From an uncultured Candidatus Saccharibacteria bacterium (lineage in GTDB: Bacteria; Patescibacteriota; Saccharimonadia; UBA4664; CAZJNH01), in contig CAZJNH010000003.1 of the NCBI GenBank assembly GCA_964547425.1, positions 1 through 59,413 on the forward strand: a DNA stretch of 59,413 nt, given 5' to 3'. The notes beneath the pieces were generated by a model, which was not told where the DNA came from, searched no databases, and saw nothing but the letters and a program-made list of their open reading frames with translations. The translations under genes were made by a program, and so were the position numbers. Below are positions 25,751-35,196 of the stretch, one piece after another (within the stretch, counting starts at the first letter, position 1; each line of letters begins with the position of its first letter).

Positions 25751-26128
25751 CCTGCCAGATTGCTGAATGGCTGCCCGCCTCAGGCGGGAGGAAAGTCCGG
25801 ACAGCATAGAGCAAGGACGGTTGCTAACGGCAACCGAACGGCATCGGCCACTATTTCTCTCGAGAAAATAGGGACTGATGGAAGTTTAGGGAAAGTGCCA
25901 CAGAAACGAAACCGCTCGCCTTTGGCGAGTAAGGGTGAAACGAGTGCGGTAAGAGCGCACAGCGTCGCTAGGTGACTAGCGAAGAAGGTAAACCCCGTCC
26001 GCTGCAAGGCGATTGACCTATTGGGCTGCTCGCTACGGTCAATGATTAGCCGCTCGAGCCAGTTGGCAACAGCTGGCCTAGATAGATAGCCATTTAAACA
26101 GAATCCGGCTTATAGGCAATCTGGCAGG
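25751..26128 (+). ncRNA. rnpB: RNase P RNA, bacterial type A
   Basis: P1 pairs CCTGCCAGATTGC (25751-) with GCAATCTGGCAGG (-26128). P4 strands are 'GGGAGGAAAGTCCGGAC' and 'ACAGAATCCGGCTTATA'. 'AAGGGTGAAACGAGTGCGGTAAGAGCGCACAG' is also present. A TATACA -10 ends 7 nt upstream. Confidence 0.95.
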
Positions 26129-26130
26129 CC

Positions 26131-26156
26131 AAAGACCCCGCTTCAGCGGGGTCTTT
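26131..26156 (+). terminator. hairpin terminator after rnpB
   Basis: AAAGACCCCGC-TTCA-GCGGGGTCTTT, an 11-bp stem, followed by 'GTG'. The U-tract is short. Confidence 0.6.
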
Positions 26157-26181
26157 GTGAGATAATCGAGGAAGCTTCGGT

Positions 26182-27612
26182 ATGAGAAAAAAGAGTGAGC
26201 TAATCTTCAACCTCTTGCTGGTGCCGCTGGACTTTCTAGCCGTCACCGCCGCTTTTGTATTGGCCTACATTATCCGGATCAAAATTGATGGTCGTCCGGC
26301 GGCCCACCCGATCCAGGCTTTTTTGTTTCTAAAGATCATCCTGCTTATCATCCCGGTTTGGCTGTTTATTTTCGTTATCACCGGAATGTATAACCTGACC
26401 AGCCAACGCGGCCGGTTGGAAGAGGTAAGCAAAGCCTTTGTGGCCGTCTCCGGCGGGACGATGTTTATGATTTTGATCGACTTTTTGTTTCGCCAGCCGA
26501 TTTTTCCCTCTAAGGCCGTGCCGATTTATGGTTTTTTCCTGTCGCTACTTTTCGTCATCGCCGGCCGCCAAATTATCCGCAAAATCCAGCGGTATTTGTT
26601 CACCTACAAGGTCGGTATTCGGCGGGCGGTCCTGATCGGTAGCGGCCCGATAGCCCAAAAGATATTGGATGATCTCTCAAGCCGCCACAGTGGTTATGAG
26701 GTCGTCGCGGTGGTTGACGAGCGCCAGCCAAAAACCACGGACTTTGAAGGGCTCGAAACGTATCGAGATTTCGATGAGATGATGAAAAAACACCGCGAGA
26801 TCGATGAAATGATTCAGGCTGATTCCGGATTTGAAGCGGAAGAGGTTCTGCGGATGGTCAACTACGCCACCAACCACCATATCGCGTTTAGGTTCGTGCC
26901 CAACCAGTTTGGCGTCTATGCCATTAACGCCTCGGTTGGCACGCTGGCCGGTATGCCGGTGATGGAGATCAAGCACACTCCGCTAGACGGCTGGGGCAGA
27001 ATCTTTAAGCGAGCCTTTGACGTTGTCGGTTCCGCTGTTGGACTGGTGATACTTTCGCCGCTGTTCTTGGTGATCGCAGTAGCGATTAAGCTGACCGACA
27101 ACGGCCCGGTCTTTTTCGTTCACCGCCGGCTGTCACGGATCGGGAAGAAGGTAGGGGTTCACAAATTCCGCACGATGCAAGCGCGCTATAGCGGCAAGGA
27201 TCCTGCGGGAGTATTTAAAGCGATGGGGCGTCCGGAATTGGCTAGCGAGTTTAAGGAGAACCAGAAGCTGGAGGACGATCCGAGAGTGACGCCAATCGGC
27301 AGTTTCCTGCGCCGCACTAGCCTGGATGAGCTGCCTCAATTGGTGAACGTTTTTAAAGGTGAGCTGAGCTTGGTGGGGCCGCGTCCGATCATCGAGGATG
27401 AGTTGAAGCATTATGGGAGTGAGCAAGCGGCTTTCTTGGCGCTTAAGCCTGGCGTTACGGGGTTGTGGCAAATCTCCGGCCGCAGCGACATTGGTTACGA
27501 CGAGCGTGTGAAGCTGGACATTTACTACGTCGAAAACTGGAGTCTACTGCTCGACATTCGCATCCTTGCTAAAACTATTTTGACGGTGTTTAAACGCCGG
27601 GGAGCGTACTAG
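26182..27612 (+). CDS. polyprenyl glycosylphosphotransferase (WbaP/EpsL-type bacterial sugar transferase)
   Basis: N-terminal TM bundle plus a central Rossmann-like linker. The C-terminal domain has 'KRAFDVVGSAVGLVILSPLFLVIAVAIKL', 'GPVFFVHRR', 'HKFRTM', 'DELPQLVNVFKGELSLVGPRP' and 'DIYYVENWSLLLD'. Confidence 0.9.
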   Translation: MRKKSELIFNLLLVPLDFLAVTAAFVLAYIIRIKIDGRPAAHPIQAFLFLKIILLIIPVWLFIFVITGMYNLTSQRGRLEEVSKAFVAVSGGTMFMILIDFLFRQPIFPSKAVPIYGFFLSLLFVIAGRQIIRKIQRYLFTYKVGIRRAVLIGSGPIAQKILDDLSSRHSGYEVVAVVDERQPKTTDFEGLETYRDFDEMMKKHREIDEMIQADSGFEAEEVLRMVNYATNHHIAFRFVPNQFGVYAINASVGTLAGMPVMEIKHTPLDGWGRIFKRAFDVVGSAVGLVILSPLFLVIAVAIKLTDNGPVFFVHRRLSRIGKKVGVHKFRTMQARYSGKDPAGVFKAMGRPELASEFKENQKLEDDPRVTPIGSFLRRTSLDELPQLVNVFKGELSLVGPRPIIEDELKHYGSEQAAFLALKPGVTGLWQISGRSDIGYDERVKLDIYYVENWSLLLDIRILAKTILTVFKRRGAY

Positions 27613-28712
27613 TGAAGGTTGCTATCGTTCACGACTGGTTGGTGTCTCCAGGCGGCGCGGAGCGGGTGATCGAAGCGATGCACGAAATTTGGCCCGACGC
27701 TCCAATTTATACGGCGGCGTATGAGCCGAGCAAATTCCCGCAGTTCGCCGGCTACGACATCAGAACCACCTGGCTAAACCGGATCGGTCTGGCCAAACGG
27801 AAGCACCAATTGTTCTCGGTTGCTCGAGCCTTTGCGTTCAGAGGCTTAGATCTCTCGGAATATGATGTTGTTATTTCTTCATCCAGCGCCGAGTCTAAAT
27901 ATGTAAAAACCGGCGGCGCTACCCACATTTGCTACTGCTACACTCCCATCAGGTATTACTGGAGCGATTACGACTGGTACCGCCAAAACCCACCGTTTGG
28001 CTGGCTAAATCCAGTGGCCAGACTGCTCTTGCCGATTATCATCGGTCCGCTGCGCTGGTTTGACTACCGTATGGCCCAGAATGTGGATTATTTTGTATCG
28101 CAGTCGGAGTACATCAAGGGACGGATCAAAAAATACTATCATCGGGACTCAGCAGTAATCTATCCGCCGACCGATATCAAACGCTTCGCCAAGTCCAAAA
28201 AGCGTCCAGGCGATTATTACCTTATCGTCGGCCGGCAAGTGGCTTACAAGAGATTAGATCTGGCAGTCGATGCTTTTAACGAATTGGGACTGCATTTGGT
28301 GGTCGCCGGAGTGGGCGAAGAAGTTAACCGCCAGTTACGGCGGGCGAAGGGTAACATTGATTTCCGCGGCCGGGTTAGCGACAGGGAACTGATTGAACTT
28401 TACGCTGGAGCTAAGGCGGTACTTTACCCCCAGGAGGAGGACTTTGGCCTGGTTCCAGTTGAAGCCCAAGCTACGGGCACTCCGGTGATCGCTTTTGGTA
28501 AAGGCGGAGCGGCTGAAACGGTGATCGACGGCAAGACGGGCGTACTGTTCGAAAAGCAGACCCCGGCGGACTTAATCGCGGCGGTCAAACGCTTCGAGAA
28601 ACTCAAATTCGACCCTGCCGCGTTGCGCGAAAATGCCGCCAAATTCGACATCGCCATCTTCAAATCCAAGCTCAAAGCCTTCGTCGACCAAAAGGCAAAC
28701 TCTAAGAACTAA
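27612..28712 (+). CDS. glycosyltransferase family 4 (GT-B, Glycos_transf_1)
   Basis: 'MKVAIVHDWLVSPGGAERV' N-terminus and C-terminal 'EEDFGLVPVEAQATGTPVIAFGKGGAAETV' (the E-x7-E motif region). Its start overlaps the stop of the upstream gene. Confidence 0.85.
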   Translation: MKVAIVHDWLVSPGGAERVIEAMHEIWPDAPIYTAAYEPSKFPQFAGYDIRTTWLNRIGLAKRKHQLFSVARAFAFRGLDLSEYDVVISSSSAESKYVKTGGATHICYCYTPIRYYWSDYDWYRQNPPFGWLNPVARLLLPIIIGPLRWFDYRMAQNVDYFVSQSEYIKGRIKKYYHRDSAVIYPPTDIKRFAKSKKRPGDYYLIVGRQVAYKRLDLAVDAFNELGLHLVVAGVGEEVNRQLRRAKGNIDFRGRVSDRELIELYAGAKAVLYPQEEDFGLVPVEAQATGTPVIAFGKGGAAETVIDGKTGVLFEKQTPADLIAAVKRFEKLKFDPAALRENAAKFDIAIFKSKLKAFVDQKANSKN

Positions 28713-28800
28713 GTTCTAAACTCTAAGTAAGATTAAAGTCCCAAGTCTTAAGTTTTTAATCTTGAAACTTACTTAGCCCTTAGGACTTGAATCTTAGTTC
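28700..28800. repeat. CTAAG/CTTAG-rich imperfect palindromic element, copy 2
   Basis: Carries the same 23-mer (28709-28731) as copy 1. CTAAGTAAG (28723-31) pairs with CTTACTTAG (28768-76). It sits between the convergent GT4 gene and rplT. Confidence 0.8.
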
Positions 28801-28802
28801 TT

Positions 28803-29156
28803 CTACTTGGTGAGGGCTTTTTGGGCGTGTTCGGAGACGGTTTTGAAGGCCTTGGGTTCGGAGACGGCCAGTTCCGACAAAATCTTACGGTCGAGGGTGA
28901 TGCCGCTCTTTTTTAAGCCATTTATGAATGCGGAGTAAGACATATCCTCACCAAGTCCGGCGTTGATACGGGTGATCCAAAGTGAACGCAGGTCGCGTTT
29001 GCGGTTGCGCCGGTCGCGGTAGCTATAGGAAAGGGCTTTGATAACGGCTTCGTTGGCTTTGCGCGAACTGGAGCGCCGCGAGGCGATCATGCCTTTGGCT
29101 TGTTTGGTAATCTTCTTGTGGCGGCGGTGGGCTGTAACTCCTCGTTTTACTCTCAT
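28803..29156 (-). CDS. rplT: 50S ribosomal protein L20
   Basis: 'MRVKRGVTAHRRHKKI...YRDRRNRKRDLRSLWITRINA'. Confidence 0.95.
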   Translation of the reverse strand: MRVKRGVTAHRRHKKITKQAKGMIASRRSSSRKANEAVIKALSYSYRDRRNRKRDLRSLWITRINAGLGEDMSYSAFINGLKKSGITLDRKILSELAVSEPKAFKTVSEHAQKALTK

Positions 29157-29353
29157 TACTTCTGCCTCAGCTGCTGTTTAACGCGGGCCAAATCACTATG
29201 GGTAAGTTCAAGGTCAACGGTGTGCGTGCGTTTAGTCTTGGCCTGTTGATGGGCCAAGTTATGGGAACGGTTGGCTTTACGGCGGAGTAATTTACCGCTG
29301 CCGGACACCTTAATCCGTTTCGTTATCGCTTTGTTGGTCTTGAGCTTGGGCAC
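29156..29353 (-). CDS. rpmI: 50S ribosomal protein L35
   Basis: 'MPKLKTNKAITKRIKVSGSGKLLRRKANRSHNL'. It follows the infC-rpmI-rplT order. Confidence 0.92.
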   Translation of the reverse strand: MPKLKTNKAITKRIKVSGSGKLLRRKANRSHNLAHQQAKTKRTHTVDLELTHSDLARVKQQLRQK

Positions 29354-29855
29354 TTTTTGCCTTTCCTAGTAGCATACTTAATTCGCGGCCGGCCAGGACT
29401 GGTTCTTGTTCGATTTCGACGTCTCCGAGGGCGGAGGCGAATCGACTTAACACACCTTTGCCCAGTTCCGGCCGGGCGATTTCGCGTCCTCGGAACCTAA
29501 GAGCAACCCTGACCTTGTGGCCCTCTTCCAAAAATCGGCGGGCTTGATCTCGTTTGACTTCAAGATCATGCTCGGAGATTTTTAGACCCATCCGAATTCC
29601 TTTAACCTCGATCTGCTTGTGCTTCTTGCGGCTTTTTTGCTCAAGCTTGCCCTGTTCGTAGCGGTACTTGCCCCAGTCCAAAATTTTGGCGACGGGCGGG
29701 GAAGCGTTCGGCGCGATCTCTGCAAGGTCGTAACCGCTCTCCTCAGCTTGCCTTAGGGCGTCCGGCAAGCTAACAACCCCTAGCTGGGCACCGTCGGCGC
29801 CGATCAGACGGACTTCTCGGGCAGTAATTTCGCGGTTTAAGCGGACCTTATTGAT
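29310..29855 (-). CDS. infC: translation initiation factor IF-3 with a probable non-canonical ATC start
   Basis: The conserved N-terminus 'INKVRLNREITAREVRLIGADGAQLGVVSLPDALRQAEE' lies upstream of the first canonical start (TTG 29768). No ATG, GTG or TTG occurs in frame after the upstream TGA. The ATC at 29855 has a GAGG 7 nt upstream. Confidence 0.85.
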   Translation of the reverse strand: MNKVRLNREITAREVRLIGADGAQLGVVSLPDALRQAEESGYDLAEIAPNASPPVAKILDWGKYRYEQGKLEQKSRKKHKQIEVKGIRMGLKISEHDLEVKRDQARRFLEEGHKVRVALRFRGREIARPELGKGVLSRFASALGDVEIEQEPVLAGRELSMLLGKAKSAQAQDQQSDNETD

Positions 29856-29907
29856 CTTGGAACCTCGTTTAGGCGCGAGTAATCTTACCAGAAAGAATCA
29901 GGAGTGG

Positions 29908-30768
29908 TCAACTCTTAGTACTACGGCCGCAGATGAAGCGGATTTTCTTGTCGGTTAGCCTTACCGCCACCGGAGTCCGCCCCGACAGCTTGGAGTCGAT
30001 CATCACACTGGCGTCAGGCTTGGTCTCAATCACTACGCGGTTGGCCTGGATTCTGGTGGTAAAACTCTCATCCGACACTTGGCGGTTGGTTAACAGCTGC
30101 CAAACCAAGGTGGTGATTTGGCGGCGGTTGGGCCGGTCACTAAAGCTGATGATTAGCTTGTTGGGGCTTTGAGGATTTTGAAATTTCTGATTAGTAATCC
30201 AAAGGTAAAACACAGTGGCTTCGATCTTGAGATTGTCGTCGATTTGCAGTTTGCATTTGAACTCCTCGAAGTTTTTGGTGTGGGAGAGGCTTTGTTTAAT
30301 CTGGCGCAGCCGGCCTTTGGCACCGCCAGGTCCGCTTTCAACCTGCTTGTCCCAATCGGCCGGGAAGCCAACCGCCAGGTTAGACAAGAAGTAGTGCGAC
30401 CCGGCGGCCATCAAATTAAAACTGGTCAACCGGCGGCTGGCCAGCAGCTCAGCGGCCTGCTGCCAGTTATATACTCCTAGCTTTTTGGCCAACGTGTTGT
30501 GGCTGCCCAACGGGACGATGCCTAAGGCGACGTTGTCTTTTTTGATCCCGTTGATGATTTCGTTGACGGTGCCGTCACCGCCGACCGCGACTATGGTGTT
30601 GTAACCTTTTTGGACCGCGGCGTAAGCCAGCTTGGTAGCGTCACCCGGGCCAGTGGTCTTTACGAATTCACCGCCGATACCCAGCTCAACCAGCCGTGCG
30701 CGCAGCCGCTGTTCTACCTGACCGACGCCGCCTCGTCCCGCTGCCGGATTAAGGATGTAGTAGTACAT
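29908..30768 (-). CDS. diacylglycerol/lipid kinase family protein (YegS/DagK-like)
   Basis: 'YYILNPAAGRG', 'IVAVGGDGTVNEIING' and 'LGIVPLGSHN'. Confidence 0.85.
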   Translation of the reverse strand: MYYYILNPAAGRGGVGQVEQRLRARLVELGIGGEFVKTTGPGDATKLAYAAVQKGYNTIVAVGGDGTVNEIINGIKKDNVALGIVPLGSHNTLAKKLGVYNWQQAAELLASRRLTSFNLMAAGSHYFLSNLAVGFPADWDKQVESGPGGAKGRLRQIKQSLSHTKNFEEFKCKLQIDDNLKIEATVFYLWITNQKFQNPQSPNKLIISFSDRPNRRQITTLVWQLLTNRQVSDESFTTRIQANRVVIETKPDASVMIDSKLSGRTPVAVRLTDKKIRFICGRSTKS

Positions 30769-31166
30769 TAGGCCGGCTCGTCAGGCTCAGGAGAAGATTG
30801 GGGGCCGTCGGTCATTACCGTTTGCCCGGAGAAAACGGCTCCGTGGTTGATCGCCAGCAGCCCGGTGTGGACGTTGCCTTTGACCTTGCCGCTTGATTCA
30901 ATCACCGTTTCACTTTCGCACTTAATGTTACCAACCAAATGGCCGCCAACCTTAACGTTTCGGGCTGACACGTTTGCCTCGATGACGCCATTAACACCGA
31001 TCGTTAAGTTGCCGCCGGTTTTGATACTGCCCTTGAGCTCGCCGTCTATACTGACGTCGCCGTCACTGACCAGCGTGCCCTTTACCTTCACGCCGGTGCC
31101 AATCACGGTCTCGGTTTCGGTCATTGGGCTGTCGATTCTTTTAGCCACGGGATGCCGCCTGCTCAC
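30768..31166 (-). CDS. bactofilin-family polymer-forming protein
   Basis: Beta-helical repeats 'VIGTGVKVKGTLVSDGDVSIDGELKGSIKTGGNLTIGVNGVIEANVSARNVKVGGHLVGNI'. Confidence 0.85.
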   Translation of the reverse strand: MSRRHPVAKRIDSPMTETETVIGTGVKVKGTLVSDGDVSIDGELKGSIKTGGNLTIGVNGVIEANVSARNVKVGGHLVGNIKCESETVIESSGKVKGNVHTGLLAINHGAVFSGQTVMTDGPQSSPEPDEPA

Positions 31167-31632
31167 TTACTTTAAATTTTGGTACCCGTTTGGTCGCCTG
31201 ATCAATGGCCTGCTTTTCCTCCTTAGACAGGGTGTGCTTGCTGTGGCCGAGATCGATCGGCTTAATGTAGGTTCGGGTGTTTTCCCGGCCATGGATACTG
31301 GTAATGACATAACCGGAGTTGTGGGCGTCGAGCACAGCCAAAGAAAAACTCTGGTCACCGCCGGTATCGCCAAAAGGATTGAAACGAACTATCGAGATTT
31401 TTTGAGAAGCCAAATCGATTTGAGTGGCCAGTTTCTCGAGCGTCTCGGTAGTCAAGTCCGACCGCTTTTCAAGTACCTTAATCCGGCCGAAGTAGTCGGC
31501 GAAGTTGGACTCCAGGCTGCCGGGCGACTTGCCTCCCAAAGCGCTGTTGAATCGGCCTCCAAGCTGCCGGGTGTACCAAAACAGCGCCGCCACGGCCACT
31601 GCCAATACTGCCACGATCACAATGATCTGCAC
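31141..31632 (-). CDS. DUF4446-like membrane-anchored protein
   Basis: N-terminal TM helix and C-terminal 'VRFNPFGDTGGDQSFSLAVLDAHNSGYVITSIHGRE'. Confidence 0.65.
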   Translation of the reverse strand: MQIIVIVAVLAVAVAALFWYTRQLGGRFNSALGGKSPGSLESNFADYFGRIKVLEKRSDLTTETLEKLATQIDLASQKISIVRFNPFGDTGGDQSFSLAVLDAHNSGYVITSIHGRENTRTYIKPIDLGHSKHTLSKEEKQAIDQATKRVPKFKVSEQAASRG

Positions 31633-31636
31633 GGAG

Positions 31637-33283
31637 TTAAGTATAGTCGAGGGGGAGAGAAATCGTAAATACGCTGCCGGTTCCAGGTGAGTAGGCCTCG
31701 ATTTTGCCGCCGTGGGCTTCGGCTACTAACTTGGTCAGGTATAGGCCCATCCCATGGCCTTCTTTGAACGACTCACGGACGGAGGCAACCTTGGCGAATT
31801 TCTTGAACAGCATATAGGTATCTTGTTCTTTAATACCCGGTCCAGTGTCGGCTACGGTGATGATCATTTGCTTACCCTGCGGCTCGACGGTTAACTGGAC
31901 GCCGCCTTTCTCGGTGAATTTGACGGCGTTGTCGAGCAGGTTGAGGACGGCGCTGCGCAGTAGACGGGCGTCGCCGTAAAACTTCGGCAGGTTAGGGGAG
32001 ATTCGGCAGCTTAGCTTTAAGCCCTTACTTTGGGCTACTGGCTGGAGGCTGGCGCATGCGGAGTTGGCAATTTCGGCCAAATCGACAGGTTCATGGACCG
32101 GTTTGAAGTGGCCTTTTTCGATCGTGGCGACGTTGATTAACTCGTCGGTTAAGTGGATTAAGCGGACGATGCCGCCTTGGATTAGCTTGATCGGGGTAAC
32201 CGCCTCGCCCGGCAGTTTTTGGGCTGAAAGCAAGTCGGCCCCGCCCTTGATTGAGGTCAGCGGAGTGCGAAGTTCGTGGGAGGCGATGGCGATGAAGCGG
32301 TCTTTTAGTTCGGTGACTTCCTGGTCGCGGTGGTAGAGGCGAGTGAGCAGGACAACGGCCATTAACAGGAATACGATGCCGATACTAAGCAGCGACAAAA
32401 TCAGATAATTACGCGCCACAAGCCCCTGATGGAATATTTCTCGCGGCGCTTCAACCCGCAGTACTAGAAGCGGCTTGCCGTAGATATCGTTTAATACCTT
32501 GTAGCCGTAGATCACGTTCTTGTCCCGCGGCGCAGTGTGAATAGGAGCCTTGGACGTGATTGCGGCTTTGGCGGCTACAACGTCCGCAGGTAAGTTCGGG
32601 TCGTTTATGGGGAAGACCGCCAATTTGAGGTGAGTTTTGTCGCCGAGGTGGTTGATATTGGCCAGGTCAAAATCGTGGCCGGTGGCGACGGTGCCTTCGA
32701 TTGGCGGCTGGTTGTTACTGTCGACCAGCGGCTGGGATGATAGATACATTAAACCTTCGGAAACAATGACAAATCCGTTTTTGATGTCGTCGGGGCCGCT
32801 GTGCTTTACCAGCGGACTGCCGGGGGCGAACTGCTTTTTTAGGCTATCGGATATCGGCCTAAACTTGGCACCGTGCAAGTCGTAACCGGCCCCCCAGATT
32901 AGTTTTCCCTTCTTGTCGATATAGAGGAACAAATTATGGCCCTCGGCCTCAAAGGTCGAGGCCACAACGTTACTGCTGACATACGGGTCGTTGGCGTTTT
33001 GGGCAAAGCTGCGATTTTCGCCGCGCTGGACGAACTTGATCGACTCGTCCCATTTAGAGTAGGCGCTGGTGTAGTTAGACAGCGACTGCATTTCATCGGT
33101 GATGGCGTCGCTAACCCGGTTGACGTTGCGTTCGGTAACGGTTTTTTCGACATTATTAAAGCTGGTAAATAAGATGCCTTGGGTGGCGAAGAACAGGGCG
33201 ATCGTTAACGCGATAAGTATCCCGCCGATTACCGCCAGTGATTTAGTTCGCAGGTTCCAGAAATTTTTGATCGAGAACGCCAT
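31637..33283 (-). CDS. sensor histidine kinase with a CHASE4-like extracytoplasmic domain; no adjacent response regulator
   Basis: Two TM helices flank a ~270-aa domain ('AYSKWDESIKFV'). H-box 'ASHELRTPLTSI', N-box 'LLDNAVKFT', and G-boxes 'DTGPGI' and 'GHGMGL'. Confidence 0.85.
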   Translation of the reverse strand: MAFSIKNFWNLRTKSLAVIGGILIALTIALFFATQGILFTSFNNVEKTVTERNVNRVSDAITDEMQSLSNYTSAYSKWDESIKFVQRGENRSFAQNANDPYVSSNVVASTFEAEGHNLFLYIDKKGKLIWGAGYDLHGAKFRPISDSLKKQFAPGSPLVKHSGPDDIKNGFVIVSEGLMYLSSQPLVDSNNQPPIEGTVATGHDFDLANINHLGDKTHLKLAVFPINDPNLPADVVAAKAAITSKAPIHTAPRDKNVIYGYKVLNDIYGKPLLVLRVEAPREIFHQGLVARNYLILSLLSIGIVFLLMAVVLLTRLYHRDQEVTELKDRFIAIASHELRTPLTSIKGGADLLSAQKLPGEAVTPIKLIQGGIVRLIHLTDELINVATIEKGHFKPVHEPVDLAEIANSACASLQPVAQSKGLKLSCRISPNLPKFYGDARLLRSAVLNLLDNAVKFTEKGGVQLTVEPQGKQMIITVADTGPGIKEQDTYMLFKKFAKVASVRESFKEGHGMGLYLTKLVAEAHGGKIEAYSPGTGSVFTISLPLDYT

Positions 33284-33307
33284 CTATATAAAGTATACTA
33301 AACCATT

Positions 33308-33586
33308 ATGGCCAAGAAGAAACGCAAGACCAGGAAGCAGAAGCAGCAGCAGACTCCGGCGGTCAAAGCCGCCAAGCCGGTTTCAACTCAAGTGGCCGCA
33401 ACCGAAGTTCCGGCTGTTGAAGCGGAGACGGTCAAGGTCGAGGTCGGGCAGTACGGTTACGTTCGGCGTGAGATCCGCCACATCCTGTTCATCACCGCCG
33501 CTTTTGTACTGCTTGAGGTTGGTTTGTGGCTGCTGTTTGGCCGCACAAGCTTTGAAACCAAACTGACCGGCCTAATCAACCTTTAA
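33308..33586 (+). CDS. small hypothetical protein with a lysine-rich N-terminus and a C-terminal TM helix
   Basis: ATG start. 'MAKKKRKTRKQKQQQ' followed by 'ILFITAAFVLLEVGLWLLFG'. No similarity recognised and no clear SD. Confidence 0.35.
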   Translation: MAKKKRKTRKQKQQQTPAVKAAKPVSTQVAATEVPAVEAETVKVEVGQYGYVRREIRHILFITAAFVLLEVGLWLLFGRTSFETKLTGLINL

Positions 33587-35085
33587 CCGCTCGAGCGGTA
33601 TTGCAGCGCCTCGGCGAGGTGGCTGGTGGAGATATTTTTTGCCTCCGCCAGATCGGCTATAGTGCGGGCGGTTTTAAGCAGCCTCATATAGCTCCTAGCT
33701 GACAGACCGAATTTATCGACCGCCATAGCCGTCAAGTTAGCCGCTTCGGCTTCCAACGCACAGTGCTGTTTGATTTCACTGTTGTTCATCTGGGAGTTGG
33801 TTTTAGCCCGGCCAAATCTGGCGGTCTGGAGCTTTCGGGCGGCGAGTACGCGCTGGGTTACTGATTTGGTTGATTCCCCGGTCCGGGCATCGAGGAGCTT
33901 GTCTTTTTCGACTCTGGCCACGGTTACCACCAAGTCGATACGGTCAAGCAGCGGGCCGGAGACTTTCCGGTTGTAGTTATGAACCTGGGCGAGGCTGCAA
34001 GTACAGTCTTTGACTGGATCGCCGGCGTAGCCGCAGGGGCACGGATTTTGGGTAGCGACGAGCATAAACTCGGCCGGCAAGGTGATGGTGTTGTTGGCTC
34101 TGGCGATGGTGACGCGACCGTCTTCCAGCGGCTGCCGCAACGCCTCGAGGACGCAGCGCTGGAATTCGGGGAACTCGTCGAGAAACAGAACCCCCAAATG
34201 GGCGAGGCTGATTTCGCCGGGTTTTGGATTTTGCCCGCCGCCAATTAACGACACATCGCTTGAAGTGTGATGGGGCGCGCGGAACGGGCGCTGGCGGATC
34301 AGGCCGCTACCGCTGTGGCTGGCGAGTGAGTGGATTTGAGTTATTTCGATCTGCTCTGAAGACGTCAGGGGAGGTAATAATCCTGGCAGGGCTTTAGCCA
34401 GCATGGTTTTACCGCTTCCCGGAGGTCCGGACAGCAGGATATTGTGGCCGCCGGCCGCGGCGATTTCTAACGCTCGCTTAGCCTGCTCCTGGCCGTAAAT
34501 TTCGGCTAAGTCCGTTGTGGGAACGACATCAGCATAAGCACTTTTCTTGGTAGACAAGTAGGGCTTAACCGCGGTTTGTTTAACCAGGTGGGCGTAAAGT
34601 TCGGAGAGGTTTTTGATAGGATAAATCTCGACGCCCTTTACGGCGGCGGCTTCCTCGGCGTTGGCGGCTGGCAAAAAAAGTTTGTTCAATTTGCGCTCCC
34701 TTGCTAGCCGGGCCGCGAGCAGCGCGCCTTTGACCGGCCGCAGCTGGCCGTCGAGCGAAAGCTCACCGAGCAGTAAACTATCCTCCAAACTATCCGCCTC
34801 GATCTGACCGCTGGCAGCCAAGACCGCGGCCGCTAAGGCCAAGTCGTAGCTGGTGCCGTCCTTTGGCAAGTCGGCTGGTGCCAGATTCAAAGTTAACTTT
34901 TTGGGCGGTAAGTTGAGACGGCTGTTCTTGAGGGCACTGCGCAGCCGGTCGCGGGCTTCGGCGATAGCTTTGTCGCCCAAACCGACCACCGTTAGCGAGG
35001 GGAGCCCGTGGTTAATATCACACTCGACTTCTACCAGCTGGCCTTCGATGCCGACGTTGGCCGGCGCGTGGACTTTGGCGATCAT
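33583..35085 (-). CDS. comM: YifB/ComM-family Mg-chelatase-like AAA+ ATPase
   Basis: N-terminal Lon-like domain 'GIEGQLVEVECDINHGLPSLTVVGL'. Walker A 'LSGPPGSGKTMLA', Walker B 'GVLFLDEFPEF', a 'CPCGY' zinc motif and 'RIDL'. The start is set at the internal ATG 35085. Confidence 0.9.
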   Translation of the reverse strand: MIAKVHAPANVGIEGQLVEVECDINHGLPSLTVVGLGDKAIAEARDRLRSALKNSRLNLPPKKLTLNLAPADLPKDGTSYDLALAAAVLAASGQIEADSLEDSLLLGELSLDGQLRPVKGALLAARLARERKLNKLFLPAANAEEAAAVKGVEIYPIKNLSELYAHLVKQTAVKPYLSTKKSAYADVVPTTDLAEIYGQEQAKRALEIAAAGGHNILLSGPPGSGKTMLAKALPGLLPPLTSSEQIEITQIHSLASHSGSGLIRQRPFRAPHHTSSDVSLIGGGQNPKPGEISLAHLGVLFLDEFPEFQRCVLEALRQPLEDGRVTIARANNTITLPAEFMLVATQNPCPCGYAGDPVKDCTCSLAQVHNYNRKVSGPLLDRIDLVVTVARVEKDKLLDARTGESTKSVTQRVLAARKLQTARFGRAKTNSQMNNSEIKQHCALEAEAANLTAMAVDKFGLSARSYMRLLKTARTIADLAEAKNISTSHLAEALQYRSSG

Positions 35086-35196
35086 AATTCCTCCAATTAA
35101 CCGCCCATTGACAGATACAATAGCGAACAAATAACGAACGGTCAAGTTTTACTTTTTTAGCTTGTTGTCAACGATTATTTACAATATAATTACTAT

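Noticed and set aside
25760-26007. ORFs 25760..25975 (+) and 25780..26007 (-)
   Set aside because: They lie entirely inside the RNase P RNA gene.
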